Notes under the pieces: model-generated
Databases searched by the model: none
The model's input: only the letters and a program-made list of their open reading frames with translations
What the model was told of the DNA's origin: nothing
In this document: positions 1 to 11,732 of the stretch, in pieces
Layout of the letters: each line of letters starts with the position of its first letter
Position numbering within the stretch: position 1 is the stretch's first letter
DNA from: an uncultured Nitrososphaeraceae archaeon
Lineage (GTDB): Archaea > Thermoproteota > Nitrososphaeria > Nitrososphaerales > Nitrososphaeraceae
Assembly: GCA_963765895.1 (NCBI GenBank)
Contig: CAVXZB010000047.1
Location: forward strand, 55,247 to 119,246
Direction: 5' to 3'
Length of the DNA stretch: 64,000 nt
Translations under genes and position numbers: made by a program

Positions 1-109
1 TTCTGAATCTCGCAGAAACGAAATCATGCTCATGCGCAATCGTACTATTACTACTGAGGCTTCTCATAGTAATCATGCAATGTCTTGATCTTTCTCTTCT
101 ATTTACCAT
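1..109 (-). CDS. N-terminal part of a small protein running off the window edge, probable paralog of the 24936..25154 Cys-rich protein
   Basis: Manual translation MVNRRERSRHCMITMRSLSSNSTIAHEHDFVSARFR; shares the HEHDF motif with 24936..25154. Confidence 0.35.
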   Translation of the reverse strand, partial: MVNRRERSRHCMITMRSLSSNSTIAHEHDFVSARFR

Positions 110-399
110 TTATGATATAGTTAATAGTGATTTATACTTAAAGTATTACTGAACTATGTCAATTAACAAAGCTAATTGATATTATTTAATTATCCTCTTA
201 TAATGACTATCAACATGAAGGCAGACAATAACACCTAGGTATCAGTATAAATGAACTCTCCAGGTTCTATTCTCTTTTTATTTGACATATTATAAACATT
301 GTAGTCGTAGATTTTCCAAACTCTACAGAGACGAGCGATTGATAACTAACTTTGTTAAACATGATTTATTATATACAGATACTCTTTATAATAACGATT

Positions 400-924
400 A
401 TGACATTAAGGAAAACAACCGATTCAATACCTCTAGTCATAGGTATCGCATTGATTGCTACAATGGTAATTGCTGGTGGAATGACAATTATCACTACAAA
501 GAACGTATTTGCACAAGGAGTCGAGAAGAAGTTCACCGCTACACTATCAGGTAAAAATGAAGTCCCGGGTAAAGATACCAAAGCAACTGGAATTGTGGAA
601 TTTACTCTTAGTAGAGACGTAAAGACAATGACATACAAAGTAGATGTTAAAGATATAGACAAAGCTACAATGGCTCACATACATCAAGGTAAAACTGGTG
701 AAAACGGTCCTGTTATTGTAACTTTATTTAAAGCCACAACAGCTACTGGTTCTAAGAATGGAATATTAGCACAAGGCACTATTACTTTGGATAAACTAGA
801 AGGACCACTGAAAGGCAAGCAGATTTCAGATCTAGTCAAACTAATCGAAGATGGTAATACCTATGCAAATGTTCATACACAACAAAATCCAAAAGGTGAG
901 ATAAGAGGACAAATATCGAAGTAA
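400..924 (+). CDS. CHRD domain-containing secreted protein
   Basis: Signal-like hydrophobic N-terminus; CHRD motifs AHIHQGKTGENGPVIVTL and YANVHTQQNPKGEIRGQI; ATG at 400 preferred over TTG at 352. Confidence 0.9.
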   Translation: MTLRKTTDSIPLVIGIALIATMVIAGGMTIITTKNVFAQGVEKKFTATLSGKNEVPGKDTKATGIVEFTLSRDVKTMTYKVDVKDIDKATMAHIHQGKTGENGPVIVTLFKATTATGSKNGILAQGTITLDKLEGPLKGKQISDLVKLIEDGNTYANVHTQQNPKGEIRGQISK

Positions 925-1088
925 AGAAAGCATACCTTACTTGTCCTTTAATTCCAACATTTTTGCACTAGATAATAATAATATCATCAAGGAATTGAGA
1001 TAAGTTCAATATATTTTGTCGTTGTGTGTTATCTACTAAGTAAAGAACAGTTAAGGGATAATAGTTATGTTATACATCCTCTCCTAAA

Positions 1089-1984
1089 TTGAATAACAAG
1101 AATCGATGGTCGGTAATTATTATAATTACTGCCATTGTGCTTGTAAGTATAACCATAGCTAATTCATTTTATTATTTTGGAATTACGAGACCCACTACTA
1201 CTTCCATTACTACTCCACCTAAATTCAAGGTAAGGGAAATCTATCCCACAAAGACCGGAGGAAGAGAATGGTTTATCAACATGAATGATCCAACAAGTGA
1301 TGGGATATTCCATCCGGTTCTCAAATCATTAGACAGGCAGATGGCTCATGGCAAGTAGAGGGTAGACAGACAAATAGTAAATTTGGTAACGAGGTAAGAA
1401 TGGGTGTCTATACTCCTCAAGGTCAAGAACCTTGGAAAAACGTAGAGATGACAGGCTATGCTAAGGTTATATCGGCAAATTCTCTTTCAGATGATCATCT
1501 TGATTGGTATGCTAGAGGAGATATACATACACCTGATGCCCCATGCGCTGGTACAGCTCTGAAAGGCTGTTTAAGTGTTAGCGGGGTTGCATCTTGGGTA
1601 AAAGAGATATGGTTTCCTGGTGGTTATACTGATCAGAGAAACACAGTTCATGTTACTAGCGATGATAATTCGATATTAGGTAGATGGATTGGTTGGAAGG
1701 TGGTTATGTATGATATAAATAATAAGGACAAAGCTGTAAAAATGGAAACGTATTTAGATGATCAAGACAACAATCATTGGAAAAAGGTAACCAGTCTTGT
1801 AGATGACGGTGGATGATATGCTAGAGCATCAGACGAAGATTTCTATAGTGCAGGCTGCGGAAAACCCAAAGATTATATAATTACAAACTCAGGTCCTGTA
1901 GCTACATTCAGATCCGACAATATGATTTGGGACTTTACGGATCTGAGCATAAGAGAGATTCAACCTCCTCATAAAGTAACATAA
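1089..1984 (+). pseudogene. Membrane-anchored or secreted putative carbohydrate-binding (beta-sandwich) protein, interrupted
   Basis: ORFs 1089..1358 and 1400..1816 join via a 1-nt frameshift near 1315; in-frame TGA at 1814-1816 is followed by open YARASDEDFY...FRSDNMIWDFTDLSIREIQPP to TAA 1984. Confidence 0.7.
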
Positions 1985-2062
1985 ATATTCTATTCACCAA
2001 TATAATGTGGTTCGCTAGCTAAATGACCATAATTATGATTTTTTAGACATTAAATTCCTATT

Positions 2063-2719
2063 TTAGGTTTGATCATCCTCTTTTATATTTGCAGATATCC
2101 CATTACCCAATTCTTCAATAAAGGCAATTTCTGATAACGGCTTTCTTTGCCGTGGTGTAAATGCCTTTTGTATTAAACTTTTAGGCAATATGTGATGTGT
2201 GTCCTGGTATCCTATTGCAATCATAATGCCTACTTCAAAGTCTTCAGGGACATTGAAAACTTCCCTAGCCTTCTGCACATCAAAGCCGCCCATTTCATGC
2301 ATGATTAAACCTTGATTGAATGCTTCAAGAAACATATTCTCGTTTGCTGCTCCTAAATCATGAAAATGAAGCCTATTATAATTTGAGTTATCAGAATAAG
2401 TTTTTTTGGTTATTGCGCAAATTAAGATTGGTGCTCTCTTGGCATAATCGTTTATATCTTTTAGAACTGATTGTGCTTTCTTTAGTTTTTCAACATTATC
2501 ACTTGTAAAAATAACGTAGCGCCATGGCTGCTCATTACGAGAGGATGGAGCCCATCTAGCTGATTCTAAAATTGATAATAACTTTGATGTTTCTACAGGT
2601 CGGGTAGAAAATGCTCTTGCGCTCCACCTTCTTGCTATGAGCTCATTTATGGGATAGTCTGAGTTCGCGGGTTTTGTTATTATTGTTGTTGTTGCTGCAT
2701 CTTTATTCAAGTCGCTCAA
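2063..2719 (-). CDS. Nitroreductase family protein
   Basis: RRWSARAF and ARWAPSSRNEQPWRY motifs, DLGAA, GGFD. Confidence 0.93.
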   Translation of the reverse strand: MSDLNKDAATTTIITKPANSDYPINELIARRWSARAFSTRPVETSKLLSILESARWAPSSRNEQPWRYVIFTSDNVEKLKKAQSVLKDINDYAKRAPILICAITKKTYSDNSNYNRLHFHDLGAANENMFLEAFNQGLIMHEMGGFDVQKAREVFNVPEDFEVGIMIAIGYQDTHHILPKSLIQKAFTPRQRKPLSEIAFIEELGNGISANIKEDDQT

Positions 2720-3334
2720 AGAAACTCTTCAATTCTAACTTTATTGATAATGGTATTTAATTAGATATGGATCCAAGTGCTCAACCCAGTTTTGAATACC
2801 ATAGAGATTTTTATATATGATTCAATTTGTATATAGAAATCATTCATCACGGAGATATCGGAAGTCATTTGTCTGGGCCTGGTCGTTTGTGAATTGCTAT
2901 TGACACTATTTCTCGGCCCGAACAAATTATGTGACTGTGTAAAATCTGTCAATTATGTCCGATTAAATCATTATCAATACAACCTGCTCAAGCAATCTGT
3001 GATTTGATGAATGATTTGACTGTATGCCCAGTTTCGGCGCGACAATATTATATATTATGAAACAGGAATAAAAGCGCCGGACGGTCGATTTAAAAGATGA
3101 GTACATGTAGTCACGTCAGCAGATTATGATTTTAAAACTCATTGAATTCTCAGAATACTGCTCCTTCTTAGACCTAACTTTCAAAAAAAGATTAAGTGAT
3201 AACTTCAGTGATGGATATGGCAACAATCATATGGATTTCCGGTACTAAACCATTGGGGTTGCATTTTTCATCTGCGAAGGCTAGAGTAGAAGTCACTACC
3301 GCGAGGATAAAAGTAGCCAACGCTAAGGATGTTA

Positions 3335-4252
3335 TTAGTATGTGAAGTCAAGAGTTTGTGCAACTCCTGATAGTACCTGAAAGCTACCTATAGTCTTGTG
3401 GCTTCCATCAGGAAAAGCTACTATAACGTTGTATTTTCCAGCTGGTACTTGGAAGTAGTAATTATCGTCTATAGATATTATAGAATTTACAGTATAACCT
3501 GTTTGTTGTTCTGCAGCTACTATTGTTGCTCCTATAGCTGGTAATCCTGCAGGTCCTGATACATGGCCATATATTGCACCTAACACTAATGGTGTATCTG
3601 GTGAAGGCGATAATGATACTGTACCTTTATTAACATTGGGCAACAATCCCCCAGTTATAATAAATCCAGCTAATGTAATGGCTCCTAAGATTCCTACAAC
3701 CGTATAAATTATTGACTTGTAATTATTATTCTTATTTACAATAATTTCGTTGCTGTATTCAGGTTCCACCTCCTTTTCAATGGGTCTTTGTTTCATGAGT
3801 TGTCCTTGTTGTTGCTTTTGCTGTGAAAAAGATAATCCAGTTGATATGCCATAGCCATCTTTATGTCTATGCCTATGCTCTCTATGTTCATGAGAAGCAC
3901 CCCTTCCTCCAATACCACCAGTATATTCTCCAGTAACCTCTAAAACATCGTCATCTTTACATATTTCTTCTAACATTTCTGAAGTTAATCTATGATTAGC
4001 AACATAGTGCGTACCGTTATCATATATTGCAGGAATCATACCAGTCTTATTAAATATTAAATCTCTTTTTGCTTGTGAATTTGTTCCTGGTTTTGTAAAT
4101 ATCTCTACCATGTAAAAAGGTGCAACTTTAGGATTTTCCTGTTCTCGTAATAACAAATCATGAACTAGACTAGGGTCCGCTTTTGGCAAATATGTCTCAT
4201 ACAGAGTTTGTAACCCATTGAACACCATTTTTACTTCTGATATCTTTGACAT
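3335..4252 (-). CDS. Membrane protein: N-terminal soluble domain, His-rich linker, one TM helix, C-terminal carboxypeptidase-regulatory-like beta domain
   Basis: 305-aa ORF; TM IIYTVVGILGAITLAGFIIT; GAIYGHVSGPAGLPAIGATIVA...VPAGKYNVIV pattern. Confidence 0.7.
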   Translation of the reverse strand: MSKISEVKMVFNGLQTLYETYLPKADPSLVHDLLLREQENPKVAPFYMVEIFTKPGTNSQAKRDLIFNKTGMIPAIYDNGTHYVANHRLTSEMLEEICKDDDVLEVTGEYTGGIGGRGASHEHREHRHRHKDGYGISTGLSFSQQKQQQGQLMKQRPIEKEVEPEYSNEIIVNKNNNYKSIIYTVVGILGAITLAGFIITGGLLPNVNKGTVSLSPSPDTPLVLGAIYGHVSGPAGLPAIGATIVAAEQQTGYTVNSIISIDDNYYFQVPAGKYNVIVAFPDGSHKTIGSFQVLSGVAQTLDFTY

Positions 4253-4519
4253 ATTATTACCATTATATAGGAATAAACTGATTTAGGTATAGTGCAAGTC
4301 AAGCTGCGTTTTAGCATACTTTTTGTAATGCTTTGTCTGTATTTTAGATCTTTATGTATACAAAACAGACAACGGAAGTTTAAGCTAAAAACAATCTAAC
4401 TTCTCTAAAATGTCTGTAACGCATGGTTCAGTTGATCTAAAATCTATAAAAATTATATTACGAACGTAATTCTATGAGTTATATTTTTATTATGTTGCTA
4501 GTTGTTGTTGTTGTTGTTG

Positions 4520-4860
4520 CTGTCACTGTACTTCTTCTACTGATCTCACTCTTTTATCAATCTCCTTTTTCACCCAATCTTGATAATATACTAGGTTAGT
4601 TGTTATAAACATCTGCGTTCCATTTACTCCTTCATAAGGCTCTAGTCTTCTCAATGTCAAAGCAACTGTTGATATATTTGGACAAAAGAAAAACCAAAAA
4701 GATCACTTCCTGTTGACTAGCATGTGGTATAACAAACTAGTATTCTTGCATCTCTTGATAGATTTCTCCAAGACAGACTTATAAAGAGAATCATCCTCTA
4801 GATGGACCATGATAACAAATTCAATATAACCTGCCACCTGCAAAGGAGACATATTTCTGA
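4520..4860 (-). pseudogene. Possible C-terminal remnant of an Lrp/AsnC-type regulator
   Basis: Broken frames giving PNISTVALTLRRLEPYEGVNGTQMFITTNLVYYQDWVKKEIDKR; recognised by resemblance only. Confidence 0.3.
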
Positions 4861-5098
4861 TAACGCCAGTCTTGATGGTATACTACGATCACCATTCCGA
4901 GATCGTTATATGGTGGGTTTACGTTAAGAATTGAGTAACTAATCAGTCGTAACGTTCTGCCGTGTAGGTAGGACTCCCTGTCTAAATAGATATTTGAGCT
5001 TTTAATAATCCTTTAACTAAAACAAAAGTGATTGTCAGAACTACCAGGAGACAAGATAAAGGCAACGATTCAACGCAGAATTGATATGAAGCAGGAGA

Positions 5099-5640
5099 TC
5101 AAACCTCACAAACAGAGTCTAAGGGAAGTAGAATTGCGAACTTTGAGCTAATATATGCAGACCCACTAGGATAGCCAAACAGTCTAGCTCCAGAACTGAT
5201 GTTGACAATGATACCTGATTTTTGGATCCTCATTATTGGAAGGACCGCTTGAGTTGTTCTTGTCAATCCATAAAAATTTGTCTCAAACTGTCTCTTCATC
5301 TACTCTATTGTTAGATCCTTAAAAGCTCCACTAAGACCATACCCCGCATTATTGACAAGAACATCGATTCTGTCCCTATCAGTCATTATGCTCTAAATAG
5401 CACTTTTGACTGAAGCATCATCAGTAACATCAAGTTGGATAATCTTTAATGGCAATTTACTTTAGCAGCATGTGTTCTCAGGTTATCTGCCTTTTGCAAT
5501 GTTCGCATCGTAGCATACGTAATGAATTTATTCCTTGCAAGGAGTAAGGAAGTCTCCAATCCGATTTCGCTAGAGCTCGCCTGTGACAACAGACACTCCC
5601 TGCTGAGTCTCTTTTTCTTTCAAAGTAGGGCTATCACCCA
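5099..5640 (-). pseudogene. SDR family oxidoreductase remnant
   Basis: Fragments VVTG..IGLETSLLLARN, DVLVNNAGYG, IVNISS, YISSKFA (YxxxK) with stops and frameshifts; C-terminus lost. Confidence 0.85.
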
Positions 5641-5744
5641 TCTTGTTCCTTTAATTTTTCTGTCTTTATTATTTTTTAGACATTACCACCTGATAATCTG
5701 GGACCGTGGGGCAGATGCTTGTACGTAAAAAGGATCAACTCAAT

Positions 5745-5941
5745 TATCAATCAATACTCGATTGGAAAAAGCTTCATTGAAATGACGATACAGTACCTAA
5801 AAGATAGAACCGAATGTTTTGATGGTAATTTCCCCCTGTAAGAAGTTACAATGATTGTAGGCTATCGCATGTCAAGAATTGGTTGTGTTATTTGTAGATA
5901 TGCATAAGAGTGATTAAGGAATGTGTCGTTAAGTGAAGAGT
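5745..5941 (+). mobile_element. IS6-family transposase 3' remnant
   Basis: Encodes IEMTIQYLKDRTECFDGNFPC, homologous to IERTIQYIKDRTEVFDDFFPC in the 10.1-10.7 kb element. Confidence 0.7.
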
Positions 5942-5991
5942 CTAAAATCTACATGTTATATTTATTAGAAATAAGTACCATATCAGTTCAA

Positions 5992-6204
5992 ATGACTCAT
6001 GTTGCAAAAATTATAGAACTCGTAGGCGGCTCCGATATCGGATGGAAAGAGGCAGCACAAGCAGCAGTAGATGAAGCTAAAAAGACTGTACATGGAATAA
6101 ATGGTGTTGAAATTACAAATATGACTGCAAATGTGGATCCGAATACTGGAAAGATTACCCAATATCGCGCAATCGTAAAAATATCATTTGGTGTAGAACA
6201 CTAG
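5992..6204 (+). CDS. Dodecin family (flavin-binding) protein
   Basis: MTHVAKIIELVGGSDIGWKEAAQAAVDEAKKT...YRAIVKISF, 70 aa; ATG at 5992. Confidence 0.88.
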   Translation: MTHVAKIIELVGGSDIGWKEAAQAAVDEAKKTVHGINGVEITNMTANVDPNTGKITQYRAIVKISFGVEH

Positions 6205-6244
6205 CACTATTAAAAAACTCCTATTTGGATGAGAAATTTTTGAT

Positions 6245-6765
6245 ATTTTGTGCGGAATACATTTCCGATCTTACAGATATTTGGGATTGTATTGACGCTC
6301 AAACGAAGGGACTATCTAGCCTAGTCTATTTCTTCAGCAGTAAAATCTTACCAATGCCAAAAGTATAATCCAAGAGTGTGCGTTTATATGAACAAGAGTC
6401 CTCAGACTCTTTTTCTATTCTCTTAAACAAGCCATCAAGAACATTAGGAGTTGATACCATTACAATATATGATTTGATATTGCAATGTATCTCTCAGAGA
6501 CATCTCTAGTATCTTGTTGCTGTCCTGGAGGAAAGAAATCTGCTTCATCTAATAATATTGAAGACACATTTAGTAAACCACGCTTTGCATCGAAATGATG
6601 TGATGGAAGTGTCTCTATCTTTACACCATTTAGTGCCACTACAGTTTCTATTGTATCAAATGAAATGAAACCTTTTTACCTGCAAACAGTTTTTTCATCC
6701 CTACTAATTAGAGTAATAGCCAAGTCTATTCTAGGGCCCGTAACAATACGCATTTGCTAGCCTGC
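6245..6765 (-). pseudogene. Terminase-large-subunit-like ATPase remnant
   Basis: Manual translation across frameshifts: IVTGPRIDLAITLI...LNGVKIETLPSHH...RG...ILLDEADFF (Walker B)...YIVMVSTPN (motif III-like)...SPSFERQY. Confidence 0.65.
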
Positions 6766-6985
6766 TAATTTATTATCTTTTAAGCTCTGTCTTTTGCACA
6801 TTGAGTGATACTTGATGGCCATCAAAACCCTGTACAATGTGTTTTGATATTTTGTACCTTGTTCTTCTGTCTTCGGTGGCATCAATATAGAATTTTCATC
6901 TAGGCATCAACATCAACATCAACATCTCCTATTAAATTTCCTTCACTTGATCTAGTAGCCTTTTGAATAACTGATTCCAAGTTTG

Positions 6986-9280
6986 CTACCTCACCTTGCC
7001 AGCATGATCTGGTGGGTAAGCCGTTGTTCTATTCTTATTAGGTACATATTTGCCAGTATGCTTCCAAATAAAGGAATCATGGGTACCCTCACTATTTCTT
7101 ACAGCCCAAAAATCATAATCTCCATACTTCCTATCTCCAAACTGGTTTAAAGCTGTATTGCCTGTGATTCCTTGATACGATCGAGCTATCTTCACAATTG
7201 TATTTTTCAAGTAATTAATATCATGTGTAGTTTTGGTATCATTCTCGGCTAGCGCTGCTACCCATAATGTATCATAGGCAACACTAGCATAAGATCTAGG
7301 TGTTCTTTCTATCTGTTCATGGATCTGAGCTTCTACATGTTTGAGCCTTTCGTCGTCATCATCTTCAACTGCGAAAATTGCGGTTGTAAAATTCGTCTTT
7401 ACTGCAAATGCTGCGACTTCGATATTTCTTATAAGTTTGTTATTTAATGATTCCTTGTCACTACCAAACCATTTTACTTTTGAAAGTGTAGGATGGTTTT
7501 GCGCTTGGATAAAAATTGGCGCAATTTCATCAAAAGCTACAGAGTATACTCCAACCTTGTCTATGCCATACTGAGATATAGCTTGATTTACCTTAGAGTC
7601 CAAAGCCTTCAAATCTTGGTCCCAAACGATAAAGTTTATTCTATTAAGACTAGCAGCAAAATCACCCGTATTTGGTATATATCCAACTCCATCGGCAAAT
7701 TTGCCACCTAGCTCTTGGAGACTATGTTTTGTTGCATTAACTAAATCATTTCCGTAAACATCAGTTCTCCAAAACGGTATTACTACTCTTATTCCATCAT
7801 CCATCATCAGCTTTGATATTGCTTGAGCTTGATGAGTGTCGTCTGGCACAAATCTGAACACATTGTTTCCTTTTATACCTAGAGAGGAAGCAGTACTTGA
7901 TGGACTAATTAACACTATTCCATTTTTATCAGCATAGTCTTGAGCAGCTTTTAGATCTTCGCTTGTTGCAGGACCGATAACTATGTTTATACCTTTTGCT
8001 GCTAAATGCATTAGCTTTTCTAAGCTAACTGATGGATTTGTTTGTGTGTCTTCTATAACCAGCTCGATACCAATATTTGAATGGGTCTTGAAGAGATATT
8101 CATTGATATCTTTGGTTGCAATCTTTAGTGCCGCCCCTCTGATTCACCCAAAGATGAAGATACACCCGTTAAGGGAAGAAGAGCACCTATTTTCACTGTT
8201 TGCTGCTTTCAGAGCACCAGCCGGAGCTGGTAGTATTATCTCAGAACTTGGGTTAGAAAACAGGAAAAGCGATGATGACGATGAATATAAAGAGAAGTAA
8301 ACTCCAATTGCTACAGCAACAACTACAATAGTGGCTATAGCCATAAGCGCCATGTGACTAATTTTTTTATGGGTTTTTTCTTCTGATTTATGCTTGTCAG
8401 TGTAGCCACCTCCTGGGGCAATAATTGACGTCTCGATTTGTTCTGACCTACGACGTTCATCAATGCTTGGTTGACCATGTGATAGCAGAAATTTCACATA
8501 CCATAATAATCCTGCAGCTATAACCAAATAATGGGCTGCGAAAAATATGGAAGATAACCAAAACTGCTCTACTATTGACGTGAGAACAACGACTGCAAAC
8601 CAACTATCAGATATAGCAATTAAAAATAAACCTAAGGATTCACATATCCAAGGTGTGAACCATAATGGCTCCTTTCTAAAATTTAACAAAATTACTATTG
8701 CAGGAACCATCAATACTGTATCCATAATCGGGTAGGCAATTATGACTGCAAACATAGCAATACCCCTTGCAGAGGATAAAACAGATAGACCTATGGTAAG
8801 AGCAATGATATATGTAAGAAATATTCCACAACCCATTATACTCGCGACTAGAATTTTACTGCTAAATCTGAATTTCTTACTGAATTCAATATATGTGGCA
8901 TATAGATAATACGCAAGGAATCCATAAGCAGACAACCAAATGAAATCTGCCGGAGATGGAACAGGCGGGACTATTTCTAAGACGATCTCATATGTTGCCC
9001 ATATAAGGTCAGCACAAAGCCAAAGTAACAATCCTATTGCAAGAGCTAAATGACTTTTGTTATGATGGTCTTGTGGATGATGGCTGCGTCGCTGCATATG
9101 TCTGTATACTACAAATACAGCGAGCGCGGCTGCAGTAGATGCATTAATGCTTATTATCCAACTTGAATAGAAATCTTTTGTTTTTATCTCAGCAAAATAA
9201 ATGAATGAATCTGAAATAATAATGGCTAAAACTAACCCAAGGAAGAGGCTCTTTCTGGTAAGTTTTAAATCACAATTCAC
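6986..9280 (-). CDS. Polytopic membrane domain fused to a type I periplasmic-binding (LivJ/Venus flytrap) domain; interrupted by two compensating indels
   Basis: ORFs 8144..9280 and 6986..8011 are in the same frame; the segment about 8135-8208 reads TVKIGALLPLTG in another frame; PBP1 motifs IEDTQT, IVIGPATS, LISPSSTA, NVFRFVPDD, AYD, GITG. Confidence 0.8.
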
Positions 9281-10079
9281 TACTCCAGCGGTCTAACAAT
9301 GCTCATGCATGTCGATGTTGCAGGTATAAGATATAAAATTTGTTATTTATGGATAAGCTTGAACAATCGGATGTGAATATTCTTATCATCCAATATGAAC
9401 ATTTGAAAAGAAAGAAGTTTGTATTTAGTGTTGACATACAGCTGTATATCGAAATAAAGCTTTGATACGGTGAATATTTTAATTTGACATTATTTTATGC
9501 TTTGTGTTGTATTTACTATATTCATTATCAAAGCGGGTGGATATAAAGGGACAACTTTGATGCGGGTCCAGTAGGATGAAATACACAAGTGTATGTAATC
9601 CTAGCAGAAACGTCCGATGACCTAGCCAAGTGAATTTATAAATATTCTACGATATTTGTTTCAGATTCACGATCAGTTCTTGGTAGATATTAACACTTGG
9701 ATGGTCAACATATTTATCTCATCTAGTCCCCATGTGCAGAGTCCATTCCTGCAGTTGCTAATTTCACTTACGCTGATAGTTGTTTAGTACAGACTTTATT
9801 TCATCGAGGTCATCATTTATTTCATTTGAATAGGGCTTGATTTTGCTTTTCTTTACCTTAATACTGTTTGCCAAGCCTATTAATGTGTCAATATCTGATA
9901 CGACTTCTTGAATAACATCGATACTAATTTCATCGACACCTTTCTTGCATGCCCTAGTTCCTTTTGCAATACTTCGAATATTTCACGAGCAATTCTCCAC
10001 ATGCCAGAATTTATATAGACAATCGCAACCAGTACTTCTCTGTCTCTTTTGAAAGTTCTGGTTTTCTCGAAACATTCTC

Positions 10080-10683
10080 TTCAGTATCGTATTATGATGA
10101 CAGACAAATAGACTCGACCATTTTTGTATGTGTTGCAATTTACATTTGTTTTTTCTACAAGGAAAAAAGTCATCAAAAACTTCAGTTCTATCTTTGATGT
10201 ATTGTATAGTCCTTTCTATGATATTTTTCTCATATGAAGAATGGATGTGATGATGTTGCAGTCTCAAGAACCTGCAAGCCTGTGGATACCATGTACCTCC
10301 ATTTGCTGAAACAGGATGTATATTCTCCATACCTTTTCACAAGATTTGATATAAAACGTTCTGCAGCAACAAACAACATATTTCTCTCTTTGAATATGCT
10401 TATTTGAAGAATATCTCGGTTGTCGTTTTCGATGGCTATCCATAACCAGATATATTCAGAGCCAACTTTGATAATAGTTTCATCAATTATAAATTCGAAG
10501 GTTTTGGTCTTCCTATAATACAATCTTTTAGGATTATACTTTTGAATCTAATCTCTTATTGCAGTGTGGCTCCTCTTCACGAATCTGGATACAGCTTTGG
10601 ATGTATTACTTTGAAAGACCAAGGAAATAAAGATACAGAGAATATGCTATATCCTCAGGTTCTGTTCGCTTTCTATTTGGCAT
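10080..10683 (-). mobile_element. IS6-family DDE transposase, degraded
   Basis: MPNRKRTEPEDIAYSLYLYFLGLS, IIDETIIKVGSEYIWLWIAI, GGTWYPQAC, EKNIIERTIQYIKDRT over several frames. Confidence 0.85.
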
Positions 10684-10795
10684 ATCATAAACTATATCTT
10701 ACATATAGCTATAGATTTTTCCTTAACTTTATAGAGCCCATTTGACTAAATAGAATGTCATTATATATCTTAATGATCAAAGTAAGAATAATATA

Positions 10796-10930
10796 ATGAG
10801 TAATTATAAAGATCAAGGCGAAAAATCAGATGAATCAACCTCAGAAGTGTCTGCATCGTTTACTTGTCAGGATTGCGGTAAAACGTTCAATTCTCGCCAG
10901 GAACTAAAGGAACACACACACATTAGCTAG
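10796..10930 (+). CDS. Small C2H2-type zinc-finger protein (44 aa), below the ORF-track cutoff
   Basis: MSNYKDQGEKSDESTSEVSASFTCQDCGKTFNSRQELKEHTHIS*. Confidence 0.7.
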   Translation: MSNYKDQGEKSDESTSEVSASFTCQDCGKTFNSRQELKEHTHIS

Positions 10931-11474
10931 GGAACAATTAGGGATTTATATCCCTTTAACATTTCAAGATTGATAGTTAGCAGGAGAATACTAAATGGCC
11001 TGATGGTTAGTATGATCCAATCTATTAGAAGGGACTTGTCTCTAATGTCTATGTTTGGCATTATTGCTGTATATCAGTTATCGATTGTTATTAATGTACT
11101 AATTGTAAGAAAAGTTGAATGCCAATTTTGCTCCAAAAATCAAATAATGTGTTTTCTGAATATATAATAAACAAATAAACAAATAAACAACTGCTGGGAT
11201 CTTCCAAAGGTGTATTGCCACCAGGTGAATCAATCAATCAATCATTGATGTTGCACCCAGAGTATACAGCAAATTTTACTGTGTAAATTATAAACGGTTT
11301 AGACAAAACTTAAAGTTATACCAAAAGATATTCCCGTCTTGTCGATATATTAGTAGGCATTGTTAGAGAAGAACCATTGGTTGCGTGTTAGCCTTATTAG
11401 AAAATAATTAGACTTGCAGATGTTCTGTTTTTATAACCATTCTCTTTCTTGATTCCATATAAACCCACATAAGA

Positions 11475-11732
11475 CTAGACAGTGTGTAAACCGGAATGAA
11501 ATCGCCTATGAATGGTATAAATTTGATCGAGTTTATGGCGAGCTGACTTCTTACTTCCAGTTAATGCGTATAATATACCAGTTATGATGGCATTAGGAAT
11601 ATCTCCTATCGGAGGAATACCAAGAATTGGTCCTCCAACAAAATCTAAGACGTCGGCTATTATTGATAATGATAAGACGATTGATGTTCGAAACTTGAAA
11701 AGTGGCTTTTCTATTTCTGATATCTGCATCAC
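11475..11732 (-). CDS. Small membrane protein, probably frameshifted near the C-terminus
   Basis: Hydrophobic IIADVLDFVGGPILGIPPIGDIP segment. Confidence 0.5.
   Translation of the reverse strand: MMQISEIEKPLFKFRTSIVLSLSIIADVLDFVGGPILGIPPIGDIPNAIITGILYALTGSKKSARHKLDQIYTIHRRFHSGLHTV

Noticed and set aside
11165-11245. (ATAAACAA)3 and (AATC)4 short repeats as iterons or regulatory arrays
   Set aside because: Simple slippage microsatellites, common throughout this AT-rich window
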